A stretch of DNA of 64,000 nucleotides from Selaginella moellendorffii (taxonomy: Eukaryota > Plantae > Lycopodiophyta), in assembly GCF_000143415.4 (NCBI RefSeq), contig NW_003314419.1:153941-217940 (forward strand), read 5' to 3'. Made by a program: the position numbers and the translations under genes. The notes under the pieces are model-generated. The model was given only the letters and a program-made list of their open reading frames with translations. It had not been told where the DNA came from and ran no database searches. Positions 50,021-63,720 of this stretch are shown here, in pieces. Every line of letters starts with the position of its first letter. Within the stretch, counting starts at the first letter, position 1.

Positions 50021-52657
50021 CATAACTCTATGCAATCTTCACAACAAATGAGAACTTATAAAAATATAAATATTTCGATATATCCTCTATAATTTCTTCT
50101 TTCAGATGTATATAACACTAAATAAATATTTCTCTAATTAGTAAAAATTAAATTACTTTTTTAATATTAATACTAATATGTATTTCAAAAGGGTAGTAAT
50201 ATCTTTATATGTTCTTTCTTGCTTCAAATACTAAATCCATTATCTGGTTTTAACTAATAATATTTTACAAGCCTAATACTAAATTCTTATATTTTAATAT
50301 TCAAATTCACTAACTGAGTTTTGCATTATTATTAAACCCACTAAGTAAATTTGTCCTAATTAATACCACATTTATATTAAACCCCATGACAATAGAGAAT
50401 GATTCTTGGTATGTAATAGGTATAAGCTATCTCATACACATACAAATATCAAATCTATTTCTTAGTAATATCTTAAAAAATAGCTACCTCCTCTATATTT
50501 TCTATTAGCCTTCTTGCTCATAACTTTATTTAATCTGCCAGCAACTTTACATAAATTTGATCTTTTCTTTCAATAGTGACACATAGTTAGTATAAAGTTT
50601 TTGATATTGCTCTAGAGTTTTTTCTGCAATTGTACTATTTCAATCCCTGAGAGTTGTTACCTAAGCATGACTAAAAATCTAGCAAGGTTCAAAAGGATAA
50701 ATTAAGTTTAAAAAAATACAGAAGTTAATGGTTTCCAAATAGAATACAATTATGTGTCATATTTGTAAGAATGATACAAAAAAGATACACCTCTAAAACC
50801 TTTCCAACACCTTTCCAACCAGAACATGCTTTAGCATTAGATCAAGCTTGTGTAAGACATTTTGTAACTCATAATATATAAGATATCTACTATGAAAACT
50901 AAATGATGAAGAGACAAAATACTTGTGAAAGAAAAACTTAGAATAAGGATAAGGAAAGCTCATAGAAATACAAGATTAAAATACTAAATAGACTGGTTTA
51001 TATGAACTTCTCAATAAAAGTGATTTAGGCTAGAATGTAGTAGAAAAGCTCCCAATCAAATATCCAGATTGATAGAAAAAATAATAAACCATGCTCCATC
51101 AAGATTATAATTAGGTGATATCATGTTAGCAGGCTCTATATAGAAGGTATCATTTCAAAAGCCTTAGGAAATTTTAAAAAATTTGACAATTTTCTACAAT
51201 ATTGTCTCTAGCAAAATATTTAAAATCATATATTACTAAAAATCTAGAAAAGTTAAAATATAATAGTAATACATTTGTCAATACTACTTATTATTCAGCA
51301 ATTATATAAATGAGAACATGATTATAAACATACATAGATCTAACACATTAATATGTTCATGATAATACTATTTTATTTTGTATATGTTCCTTTATTTAAT
51401 GTTAAATAATGACTTATCAATACATAATAAAACATAAGGTTATTTTCTTTTTTATTTACATTGACGTTTCAAGTTTATCATTTGTGAATAAAGTATTTTT
51501 ATTGCATTTTATCCTCTCTACTTTTTTATTCTCTTGTATTATAAAATATATTGTTTAAAAAATGTTTATAAATATAGATATAACATATTACAATATTCAT
51601 GAATATATTTTATATATGTTCTTGACATAAACTTTTATACCATTATCTAAAATATAAAAACTTTTTAAAAAGGAAAAACATAAAAAATCAACACCTGTAG
51701 AAACATGGGAGTTTATATAGGACCTATAAAAAACAGAGATATAAGAAGCCATCCTAAAAAGTATTTGCCTCCTAAAAAATTTTGAATGTAAAATTGAAAT
51801 TGAAATGGTTCAAAAGATTCAAAATACATAAGAAAGCATTTTGAATCTGTATATATCTCACATCAAAATATGCTCTAATAAATATTTGACATAGCTTATT
51901 TCTGAGTTATACTGCTGCTCTGAGTATTGATTGATTGATTCTTAGAGTTATGTCAACTTTTTGATGATGGAGTATAGTGTGCTTAACTGATACACTACTA
52001 CTTTTTATTTTAATTTAATAGCTATTTAATTTTTGTTTAGGATTATCTATGCTATGGTATATTAAATTTTGTAGTCTTTTTATACAAGGGTCATGGTGTC
52101 TTCAAAAGTACCTTAGATTATCAACATCAACAAACATTTGTGCTTGCTTCAGCCACCAAAAGAATGCAATGTTGAGTGTCTAAAAGAGGCTCTAATGGGA
52201 TAATCATAGTATCCTTTCATTCATTTCCACTATCTATAATTGCATCAACTTCTTATAGTCCATATTGTGTTATGTCATTTATCTTCAAAAATGATCTGGC
52301 AGTTATAATGTGGCAAAGTATAACTGGGTCATCTTCCTCTGTTTTGAATTTAAACCTCTAGCCATACATTTATCTATAATTATACTTATATATATTCTAA
52401 TTAATTATAAACTAAAATTTAAATTTGCAAGTTTAATTCACTATAAAATCTATAATAGCATATGCATTCAAAAATTATATAATATGATTTGATAATAATG
52501 ATCTATACTTTATCCAATTGCAACATTTTAAAATTCCAAATCCCATACATGTCCATATTTGTCTTTATACAAATATTGAGCAAAACTATGTTCAATACCT
52601 TGAGATAGGTGAGATACCTTCAATAATTACAATAGATGCAAACCCAAAGAAATTTTA

Positions 52658-54419
52658 TGTAGTGCACCTTATCTCTCTCCCCTTAAGCCAACTGGAAAAG
52701 GGGCAATTGCTTGATAAAAGAGCGCTTAGTGGCTATTTTATCCCTATTTATCCTTCAAGGTTTTAAAGATTCACGGTGACAGTATATTCAAATCTCATCC
52801 CATGATAACATACATTACACTCACCCCCTTTCAGAGATACAACGTCCTCATTGACTATTGATGAACAACCCCTACTGAGCTAAAGGGAACCAACACCTCC
52901 ATTTCTACACTAAATCTACCAATCTTTCCATTGTATATACTAGTTATTCCATGTGAGGCAACTAGTTATCCACCTGTACCACAGTCCCACGGTGAATACC
53001 TTTGTTTGTGGATACTCCACATAAGAGGAAGGACGTATGCATGGATGCCCAATATGTACGATTTCAAATTTAGGGGTAGAAATATACCTTGCTTAAGGGT
53101 ATATTACATTTTTAAGTAGCCACTAATCAATGGAAATTGAACCCGTGCCATTTGCTCCGAGCCAAAGGGAACCAACACCTCCATTTCTACACTAAATCTA
53201 CCAATCTTTCCATTGTGTATACTAGTTATTCCATGTGAGGCAACTAGTTATCCACCTATACCACAGTCCCACGGTGAATACCTTTGTTTGTGGATACTCC
53301 ACATAAGAGGAAGGACGTATGCATGGATGCCCAATATGTACGATTTCAAATTTAGGGGTATAAATATACCTTGCTTAAGGGTATATTATATTTTAAGTAG
53401 CCACTAATCAATGGAAATCGAACCTATGCCATTTGCTCCAAGCCAAAGGGAACCAACACCTCCATTTCTACACTAAATCTACCAATCTTTCCATTGTGTA
53501 TACTAGTTATTCCATGTGAGGCAACTAGTTATCCACTTGTACCACAGTCCCACGGTGAATACCTTTGTTTGTGGATACTCCACGTGACAGTATATTCAAA
53601 TCTCATCCCATGATAACATACATTACACTCACCCCCTTTCAGAGATACAACGTCCTCATTGACTATTGATGAACAACCTCTACTGAGCTAAAGGGAACTA
53701 ACACCTCCATTTCTACACTAAATCTACCAATCTTTCCATTGTATATACTAGTTATTCCATGTGAGGCAATTAATTATCCACCTGTACCACAGTCCCACGG
53801 TGAATACCTTTGTTTGTGGATACTCCATATAAGAGGAAGGATGTATGTATGGATGCCCAATATGTACGATTTCAAATTTAGGGGTAGGAATATACCTTGC
53901 TTAAGGGTATATTATATTTTTAAGTAGCCACTAATCAATGGAAATTGAACCCGTGCCATTTACTCCGAGCTAAAGGGAACCAACACCTCCATTTCTACAC
54001 TAAATCTACCAATCTTTCCATTGTGTATACTAGTTATTCCATGTGAGGCAACTAGTTATCCACTTGTACCACAGTCCCACGGTGAATACCTTTGTTTGTG
54101 GATACTCCACATAAGAGGAAGGACGTATGCATGGATGCCCAATATGTACGATTTCAAATTTAGGGGTAGGAATATACCTTGCTCAAGGGTATATTATATT
54201 TTTAAGTAGCCACTAATCAATGGAAATCGAACCTGTGCCATTTGCTCCGATACCAAATATAGTGCACCCTATCTCTCTCCCCTTAAGCCAACTGAAAAAG
54301 GGGCAATTGCTTGATGAGAGAGCCCTTAGTGGTTATTTTATCCCCATTTATCCCCCAAGGTTCTAAGGATTCACGGTGACAATATATTCAAATCTCATCC
54401 CATGATCACATGCGCTACA
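52658..54419 (-). mobile_element. TRIM (short-LTR non-autonomous retroelement) with an internal 282-bp tandem array
   Basis: LTRs at 52658-52819 and ~54258-54419; minus-strand PBS tggtatcggagc at 54244-54255; PPT gaaagggggtgag at 52820-52832. Internal units start at 52880, 53162, 53444 (partial), 53688 and 53970. No convincing TSD. Confidence 0.85.
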
Positions 54420-54994
54420 CTAAATTTGTGCATACTGGATTAGATATTGCAAATTATCATCACATATGAGTCTTTAATTGTCTGTGTTAAAATTTAAAAA
54501 TGTTTAAAGTCATAATAATATTTGAAAACAACTCTCAACACAACCTAAATTATAAGTTAAGCTTACTCTTATTAAAATCTTGACATTGCTATATAGCCAA
54601 TCATCCTTCTATATTTAAAAGAGAAAGGGCGACATATTCAATCGAGATTCTTTACGAGCTTAATGGTGGAGATGAAGACACGTGGGAAAAAACAGTTGAG
54701 GGTGAAACCTTTTTCTTTTAGGGTAATTTATGTTATGGCTGTTCATATCTGAGGGTTTCATGTTTGACTCTCTCTCGTGTCACTGTGCAGCATTGGGAAC
54801 GAAACAAGGAGAGCGAGCTCCTTGATTCTTCACTATTGATAAGTTTCGTTCTCACATTTTACACAGTTGAATCGCCACTGTTTCTGAGTCTCCAGAATGT
54901 ATACTTTGGAACGGGTATGTGTATGATTTACGGTCTTTGCAATGTCGTTTGAATGTGTTTGCATAAGAACAGGTCATGAGTACTGGGAAGATGA

Positions 54995-56018
54995 AGGCAT
55001 TGAAGAAAAAAAGCCAGCGTGCAGGCAAATGATGAACATATTTCACCCATATGATCCTCTCACCTGTAGGTATCAATATACTTCTGTGTGACCAGTGTTT
55101 ACATGTATCCTTTCGTCCTGATTACAGAGTGGAACCTCTGATATCTATTCTTTTTGGAGAAAGTCAATGAATATCTTGGGATACAGGTAATCATAGTTCT
55201 TTGTAAGTTTTGTTGTCAAAGCTAGAGGAAATTCTTTGGTTGGGGTATGGTTTTGTCACAGTTTTTTTATGGTAGTATGGTGACAGAAAGGCTATCTAGA
55301 AGTCCTAATGGTAGAGTTGACTTAATGCTACAGGTAAGTCTTGCTCTTTGCTATCATGTCATTCTCATGTGGGTCCAGGATACAAAATTTGAGCACCACT
55401 ACATATCGGTATCTGATAACAACAGCAGTGGCTGGAGAGAGAGAGAGAGAGTTGGAATCACAGCAGCAGCAGCAGCAGCAGCATCACCAGCAAGAAGATC
55501 TTAAGGCCATCCACCAGGAGTTTGGGACCAGTCACATGTACGTAGCGGCCAGGTGAGAAGGTCAGTGTGAGGGACAGGGACGAAGATATCACAAGGGACA
55601 GGGACGAAGATCTTGCAGGGTTGGCCTTCACCCACAAGCAGCAGAGATTGATGAGGTCACTGGTTTGCTCTATCACTTCTGCTCAACCCAGTGGCAAGGT
55701 GAGCTTCACTGTGGTGGCGGTGATCTAGAGCAGGTTAATGACCATGCGTTTCTCTACAGGGGCACAATGCTGTACAAATCCAATTAGTCTGGAGACAAGG
55801 AGCATCGTCACACCCATGGACGTGTATCAATTCTTGTGACACACTAGGTAGGATCCAATCCAACTTCACCAACTCGCAGAGAAAAAGAGAACTAAGAAAG
55901 ACAAACAAAGAATAGTGGCCATGGCCATATCTGGACAAATTAAGTGAATTGGTGCCAGCTTCAATTGTATTTGTGTTGTAATACTACATTATTTATAACG
56001 TGTCTCCTGCCCTTGACT
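54995..56018 (+). repeat. Second copy of the ~1 kb direct duplication
   Basis: Colinear with 44276-45299. Confidence 0.88.
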
Positions 56019-57737
56019 GTCTAGAAGTCCCAATGGTAGAGCCAATTTCATGCTACAGTTAAGTTGGAATCACAGCAGCAGCAGCAGCATCACCAGCGAG
56101 AAGATCTCAACGTTGCACGAGAATTCTCCACCAGGGATTTCTCACATGTACGTAGTGGCAAAGCCAGTGTCGGTGAGCAGGTTGGTGCGAGGGACAGGGA
56201 CAAAGATCTCACGAAGGACAGGGAAAAAGATCTTGTAGGGTCCACCATCGCCTACAAGCAGCGGAATACGTTTTTCAAGCTTCTCGGAGGAAGACTCAAG
56301 TTTGGAGAAAAACAGTAAAGAAGTTTTCTTTCATCATAGTCTCTGCTAATTTTGATAAAACTGCTAACTAGAGGTGGAAGGATTGAAGAGGAAGCTCATG
56401 AGCATCCAATGGCAGCTTCAATCCAGCCTGAGACAGGTATGATGGAAATACATGAAGATATAAAGAACTTTGGTTTTGTTCATTTTCATTTCCTCCAGTT
56501 TGAAGAGTTTGTGGCAATTTGGTAGAGACCAAACTTTGAGACGCTGCCATATCCTTACTGCCCTCCTCACATCACCAAACCAAAGGTATTGATCTTTGTT
56601 CTTCGTTACTCATAACTCTTTTGTATAATCTTTTCATTTATTTTATTATTTCTTGTGTCAGGAGTGTAAGAAGTTCTGCATGGTTCTCCTCCCTGAAAGA
56701 CAATACTTTACTATTTCAAAGAATCTCAAACTGCTGGCAGTTCCATTGTTTAAGCTCTACGATAATGTAGGTAAGAGAAGAAATGTTTAATGTCTATACT
56801 TGCTTTTTTTTTTTTTTTTTTTCTTGCTTTGAGAAAGTTTTTCTCTTCCTTTGCTGATGGGAGAATTGTTACTGCAGAGATATGCCCAGTGATCTCTGCC
56901 ATCTTCTAGCAGCTTTCAAGGTTCATCTTCATTGTTATTAATGGTTGAACCCTGGCAATCTGGGTGAATTTTTTCTTCTTTTTCTCCATTTTGTAAAACT
57001 ATTAACTTACTATAAGTGGCTCTCTTTTTTTTTGTTTCAAACATTTCTCTTATAAATGAAGATACACTCCCTCAGCTGGATAAAAGTGTAATGGAATCAA
57101 GAAAAAAATAAAAAATTACATGCCTACCAGTGTACACTTATCAAAAGATCGGTAGAACAGCCTCAATATATACCAAGAAGAGTTGAGTATTAGCAAACAA
57201 CTGACCAAGATAAAAATCTTATAAATTTTTAAAAATCATGACTCTTGTGCTCATTTTTAGATAGAACTTTTGTGATCATGTGAATGCGTACATCTGCACA
57301 TAGCAATTCTAAGTAGCTTCTAAGAGTTTTTGAAAAACCATCCAGTACCTGTGTCTGCAATACCAAAACAAACTCTCCTGATAATCTTCAATTGAACTCT
57401 TTTGGCAATATAAGTAGAGAAATGCCTATGGTGTAGAATCCAGTGCACGCTTAGAGCTGCAGTCGAGAATGCAGATCAGGTGTGTATACAATGACAAGAA
57501 TATGTCAACCCACCTGAAGATTGTTGGCCAGGACATGGAGGTGCTAATATTGTTTAATGCAGGAAGCAAACAAGTTATGTGAGCAGATGGAAAGCCTGTA
57601 GTTAGTGTTAATCAACAAGCTTTCTTGAAACAGCAAAATACAAAAGTGATGACAGTACAGCCAAGATGCAGTCACTACAGCTTGAATTGAGAAGGAAAAG
57701 AAGAAATCTGTTACTAAGAGAAGACTGTGGGCTTTGA
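56017..57737 (-). repeat. Right arm of the inverted duplication (partner 36665-38332)
   Basis: Reverse-complement match. Confidence 0.88.
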
Positions 57738-58249
57738 TGAGACAGAAAAATCAAAGACCGAACAGGAGGTACTGAAGATTACGGAAGAACTTGAAGACGC
57801 ATGGGAGTTGAACAGGTTTCTCAAAAAATACATAGCTGGCTATAGATTAAAAAAATGGATGTCAGTGTGCAAAAGTGGAAGTTGAGATGGTAGATGCAAC
57901 TACTATAATGAACTGAGGGTGGACAAGGAACTCTGAAGATGATGTGACACCTGATGCTGCAGTAATGAAAATGGAACGGATTTTAGAGACTTCCTTGCCA
58001 GATTGTCCACCAAGCCATTTTGCTGTGGAGAAGCAAAAAGTTATTCAGGCTTTACAGTTAAAGCTACACTAAGATTTTGAGTTTGTCAAAGATGCAGAGC
58101 ACAAGATGGAGGCTTTAACTGATGCAACCTCAAATATGTCTAAAATGCAAGAGAGTGTTCAGAATTTCTGAACGATACAGGTATTGCTCAGAAGAAAAAA
58201 ACAATGTGCTGCTTCTCCAGGTACTCTAACATTCAAGTGAATCCAAGGT

Positions 58250-59362
58250 GCCTTGCGATGTTTCTCCAGTCCAGTGAAGCTGATCAATGGCATTGTGATC
58301 AATACAACAGAATCCAGTGAGCTTTTTTTTTTTTTTTTAAAATGGCTAACATTGTGATGGTTCTTCAGGCATGTGTTTGCATTCTAGCAAATCCAGGATG
58401 GCTGTTTATTGCCAGTCACAGACACCTCACAGATGCACAGTAAGTTTTTCTAGCACACACTTGCTCTCTAATGCACTAAGCATGTAGACTTGTCTCCTAT
58501 CTATAGTTCTATCAAGAATCCCATTGGGGCTGTGTGCCTGGAAGGAGCTCCCATCACTCACGGAACAAGCCACACTGTCCGATGCTCCCTGGTGCTACAC
58601 CAAACAAGCCGTGCCAATGTTGTCTCATGACGCCTTGAACACGAAATCCCACCCATTTCCAATCACAGCCATGTTACGAATTATCTCCTAAGAGAGCTGA
58701 AAGGACCACAACTGCAGTGAGCCTCCAGCTCCCGGGCTGCTGACAGCAACAATAGCAGCAGGTTCACCGAGCCGAGAACTGTGAGTCTGGCACCCAATGA
58801 GTAGAAGCGATGCGTTTGGACGCACCTCCACAACTTGGTGTGTGTAGCTCACACCTTGGGAGACATAGTCGAGGTCTGGTTGGAATAGGTGGAGAGGCAA
58901 GAGCTCAGACTTGTAAGCGACGTCCTTGGTAGCTCTCCAAACAGGATCCAATTGACACACATGTTTGCCTGGGTGGAGGTGCCCTGGAACACAACCATAA
59001 GGTGTTTGTTAGCAGAGGTGGTGTCTTCCTTGTACACTGGGCCCCAAGCTTTGGAGTCCGAGTAGGGCTCAAGTGTTGGAAGTTTGGGGATGGCTTCCAG
59101 CTGGGGATGGAGGCAGGCATCCATAGGTTTTGGTGGAGATTGTGGTGAGCGGGGAGATGAAGAGTGCCAGACACTTGGGATCATGCTGTGAGAGCTTGGA
59201 GACTTCGTCCCACACTTCCAGAGCTTCTTCGCTTGGTGGGTTTTGTTTGGCTGAGCGGTGGTGGTGATGGTGGGCTAGAAAAACACTGGCAGTAACAACG
59301 GCAGGCACAACCAAAAGCAAGAGCAGGAGAGTGCAAGCCATGCATTTGTGATTTTTCTTCAT
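58250..59362 (-). pseudogene. Hypothetical membrane-anchored/secreted protein gene, frameshifted
   Basis: ATG at 59362 followed by a hydrophobic anchor (LLLLLLVVPAVVTASVFLA), then overlapping ORFs in shifting frames with stops. Family not recognised. Confidence 0.4.
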
Positions 59363-60310
59363 GGTTTGGAAGGAATCTTGCCTCTGTTCTCCCTGTGGCC
59401 TTGAAAATTAAAGAGTCACCAGATCTCACGTATCTGTGTTGCCTTTGTCAAAGCTTTATAAAAGTCCAACTCTTTTTCACTTTATATGGTCTGGCTCTTT
59501 CTTGCTTTATAATAGTCTGGATTTCTTAACTCTCAATTTTTCAAGTATGCACAACAGGAAACTAAAATTCACAGATCTCACTTATCAGCATTGCTTTGGT
59601 CAAAAAGTTATATTTTATGGCCTAAAACTATTATGTCTTAGATTTTGCATTTCTTTCTCTCTTTTAGCAGTTTCTTAACATCAAATGCTTTGTGATCAAA
59701 AGAGAGCATGCAAGAAGTTCCTCTGCAAGAAGAACCCCCAGGCTGCCTTTGATGTGTTCCAAAGGTGATGACTCTGAACTCAATATCCATGTTGAGCAGA
59801 ATAAAGCTGCTTGGGTTCTCAATAAACTTCCACCACCTCTCTTCAATTTCTTCTTGCCACTTTACAGTAAGTCACTGAAAAAATCTAAGATTCTGTAGAA
59901 CTTCACTGGTTAAAACTTGGATAGGAAATCTAGAAGAAAAAGCAAGCCTTTGAACACTTCTGTTTTTATCTTGGTCCTTTGATTTAAAACCAAGTGGGTT
60001 ATGCTAGAACACCTCCCTCGATATCAAGCTTTCAAGTAGATGTTGTAACTTTTAATTATGGATATCTTATGTTCCATCTCCAGGATGATGAATTTAGAAT
60101 CTCTTGGAACTTTCTATGCAGGCATTTGCTTTCATTTCAAGCACAAGACTTGCAGAATAAAAGAAGCCAGTTTTGATTAATTACAAATCCTTGCTTTCTA
60201 GAGCTTACAGCTATAACTTTCAACTGATTATTTTAAAATTAATATTAAAATGCTTACTCTTGATGCTAAAATGCTTGAAAATTCAATGTGCCCAAAATAT
60301 TTTGTACTTC

Positions 60311-60337
60311 TCCCAGCGGAGCTGGGATCCCAGCTAG
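60311..60337 (+). mobile_element. Helitron 3' terminus (hairpin + CTAG)
   Basis: TCCCAGCggaGCTGGGA-tcccag-CTAG|T, same family as the ends at 43646 and 49634. Confidence 0.72.
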
Positions 60338-60799
60338 TATATCAATTTAGTTGATTGGAAATGAATGGAATGAAAATACTTGCATAGAAAGATATGTGAA
60401 TTTATGGTTCATGAGATTTATGCAGCATAAAACTCAAGGATCAATCTAGCCAAGTAGCACTATAGTTTTATGTTTGCAAGTTATAACTTTCTTGCCAGGT
60501 CTGGAGCTTTACTTGGAGCTTGCAAGATTTACAGTAGTGGCTTTGGTATTGGTAAAGACGTGAAACATGCTTTTAGCTGTTTTGGCAAAGCTTTGGAAAA
60601 AACATGATTAAATTGTAGCAAGTCCCAACAGATTTGATTTTTTATTTGAATTTTGAGTTATTTCCTAAGATTTCTGAAAGGCATCAAAAGATCATGTAGG
60701 ATCATTACTTTCCTATCCAAACTCTAGGAATTTGTAAAACCGTCACCATCAAACCAGTAGCGAATCACAATTTTTCCACAGTGGAATCTGGAAGAGAAA

Positions 60800-63720
60800 A
60801 GCACCAAAGCTCCAGTTGCCCCAGCATTCTCAAAGTGCTTGCAAGAGATGTTGCAAGCCTCAAGCTGCCTCGCTTCACACTCTCAAGTTGGGACATGACC
60901 ACCTACCGATGTTGGACTCGTTTGTGGACACCACCTAACACAAAAAAGAACAAGTGAAAGCAACGAGCAGGCACTTCACAGTTTATACCCCTCTTCGTGG
61001 CAGGCCTGTAGCTTTTTCTTTTCACATCAGTGTTCACAAGGCAGCTGTCAAAGTTGAAAGCTGCAACCTAGTCTGACAACATTCCACTATTATCTAGCTG
61101 TAAATCAAGTAAAAGTACCATGATCCTGTGCATTATCGTAAGAGAAGCTTACATTGTTAACGAGTAAAATGACTCCCAACGGGCAGAGATACATCCTATT
61201 CATCTTGAAAGATTAATACAATCAAAAGCGTTAAATGCAAAACGCAAACCTTGTAGCATGTAGGGAACTGAGATGGCTCAAAGCTGGACAACTTCACATG
61301 CCAAAGCTGTCGAGTTTCCCTCACCACAACAGCTTTCCCCTCAGAGACAAGTATTTTCCCTCTAGCATATCCTTCATAATAGTTTGATCCGAAGCCTGTA
61401 GAAAGCAGAAAGCTCTCTTGTCTCGTCGCATTCTGCAAAAAAATGTACTTTCAATGCAGCGAAGCCTTTGGCCTTGAGAACGCCCACGACAGGACAGCTT
61501 GGATCTCCAAAATGCATTTGGAGTGATGCCTTCCGCAAGAAGAAGAAAAGAAAGAAATTGCTAGAAAAGAATGGAAAATCTTTACCAGTTATGTCAATTC
61601 CGACGCCCTTGCTCACAATGCCGATCGCCCTTCGCAAGTTTGAGCTTGCAATGCTTGCACAGCAACCTACTGGATTTTACATACTCAACGACGAAGCCCT
61701 CCATCCAAGCATTACATTACATTATAGGCTATTTATAAAGGTCATGAGGGCCTACACAGGGCATCCAAGCTTTCCCCTCAGAGACAAATCTTTTTACAGC
61801 TCACTTCTCCCTGTAGCATATCCTTCATAATAGTTTGATCCGAAGCCTGTACAAATCAGAAAGCTCTCTTATCTCATCGCATTCTGCAAAAAAAAAAAAA
61901 AAAAAAGAAGTACTTTCAATGCAGCGAACACCCACAACAGGAGAGCTTGGATCTCCAAAATGCATTTGGAGTGATGCCTTCCACAAGAAGAAGAAAAGAA
62001 CGAAATTGCTAGAAAAGAATGGAAAATCTTTACCAGTCATGTCAATTCCAACACCCTTGCTCACAATGCTGATCGCCCTTGGCAATTTTGAGCTTGCAAA
62101 GCTTGCACAGCAACCTACCAATTTCACATACTCAACAACGAAGCCTGCCATCCAAGCATTACATTACATTATAGGCTATTTATAAAGGTCATGAGGGCCT
62201 ACACAGGGCATCCAATCTGTAATTTGTGTAGGAGTGTCTTCACTTGAGCAGGTTGAGTGTCCAATTGAATTTCTATTACCTCTATCGAGAATATTCTTGC
62301 TTCATCTTCGGTTCTTTGGACGTTTTGAGTGCTTTCTCTGAGCCTATGTTGGTAATCAGTTACAGATTGAGAAAGCTCCACGTTTCTCTTGAGTATTGAG
62401 CTCCTTTATAATCGCTATAATAGCAATTTCTATGACAGCAATGCACGAATATCACCGACTTTCAGACTCTTGCGTCATCAACGCCAGCTTTTCCTTTGCA
62501 AATGTTGCATCTGCCTCATCTCGAGAGCATTCAACACGAGCTGAAGTAAGACTATGCTTGTAAAAAACAAATGAGAATGACAATAGTCACCTGTCAACTC
62601 CCCTTCAACTGTTTTCATCTGCTCGAGCTGCTTACGTCATTCATCTTAGAAGAGGAGAGCTCATAAATTAACAAGCCATTTGAAAGAAAACATCAAATTA
62701 CATGTGATGTAGTTTTTAGCACCATGGCTAGATGCTTTGTCTTCTATCTTTTAGGCAAGTCTTAAATTCTTCCTAAAACAAAACCATCAGCAAGACACAT
62801 TTTGAGCTCTAGTCATTTACTCTCAGTTCTTGCTACTTTTCATTTTGTTTCCGCCAGAACATGTGCAAGGGCACGAAGCTTAGTGTTGAGCCACGGATAT
62901 CCTTGAACATCAACTGTAGGAAAAGAGTATCGTATGATGCAATAAATTGGACTAAAATAAATGAAACTTTTGTCCATAAAATTAAAGTGTCACTACACCA
63001 GATATTCTGGCAATGGCTGCAGAAACAACATCATATCTAGGGGGAAGAGAATAGAAGAAATACAATATGGGGTTTCTTGAATTCTCGTTTGCAGCTAATC
63101 TATATGCAATTGCAAGATCTCAACACCTGCAGGGAAGAGAAAAATTGATAGGACAGAGAGAGACGTCAGTACTTTACGGATCCCTGTGGTCGACTGGTTC
63201 CACAGCAACATTGCTCTGCAATGAAGACCTCATTAAACACACACACACATAGAGCATCTTGATCCAAAGATGAGCGTCGTTCCGTGATGAAGTGGGCCAC
63301 TGATACAAGGCTCTTATAGTCCAAGTTAAGTCGTCATAAACCGTGTCTGATGCCTTTGATGAGTGTTTCCATGCTTAAGAAATCCTTTGACATCGTCCAA
63401 ATCCAGGGAAGCTAGCGCTCATAGTTTGACAAAGTTCAACCTCTGCACAAGAAATAGGAAAATTCAGCCAACTAAAGAAAGGTTCTGAAAGGACATGTCT
63501 GTAGGCCGCATTTTCTATTCCATTTCCAAGCTTTCACTTTGTTCTGTTTCTTAAGATTTTTGTTTTTTCTTCTTCTTCACGATGTTCTTGCCCTTCTTTT
63601 TCTTCTTGTTTTTCTTCTTTTGGTATATGATGCTCAATGGTCAATGCTAAAAGTATGAGATATGGGTCCGACGAGCTTGCCAAGCTTCAAATCTTCATTG
63701 TCGTCCATTACTTCGTTGCT
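60800..63720 (-). pseudogene. Unidentified multi-exon coiled-coil-like gene, probably decayed
   Basis: Minus-strand polypyrimidine+CAG acceptors (e.g. ~61433, ~61884) and coiled-coil-like / Lys-rich exon pieces, with stops. Confidence 0.3.
61331..62215. repeat. ~440 bp tandem duplication spanning exon/intron sequence
   Basis: 61331-61768 vs 61769-62215. Confidence 0.9.

Noticed and set aside
52931-54209. Four near-identical 62-64 aa ORFs as a peptide gene array
   Set aside because: TTG-started ORFs inside the 282-bp tandem units of a TRIM, antisense to the element, with no coding evidence.
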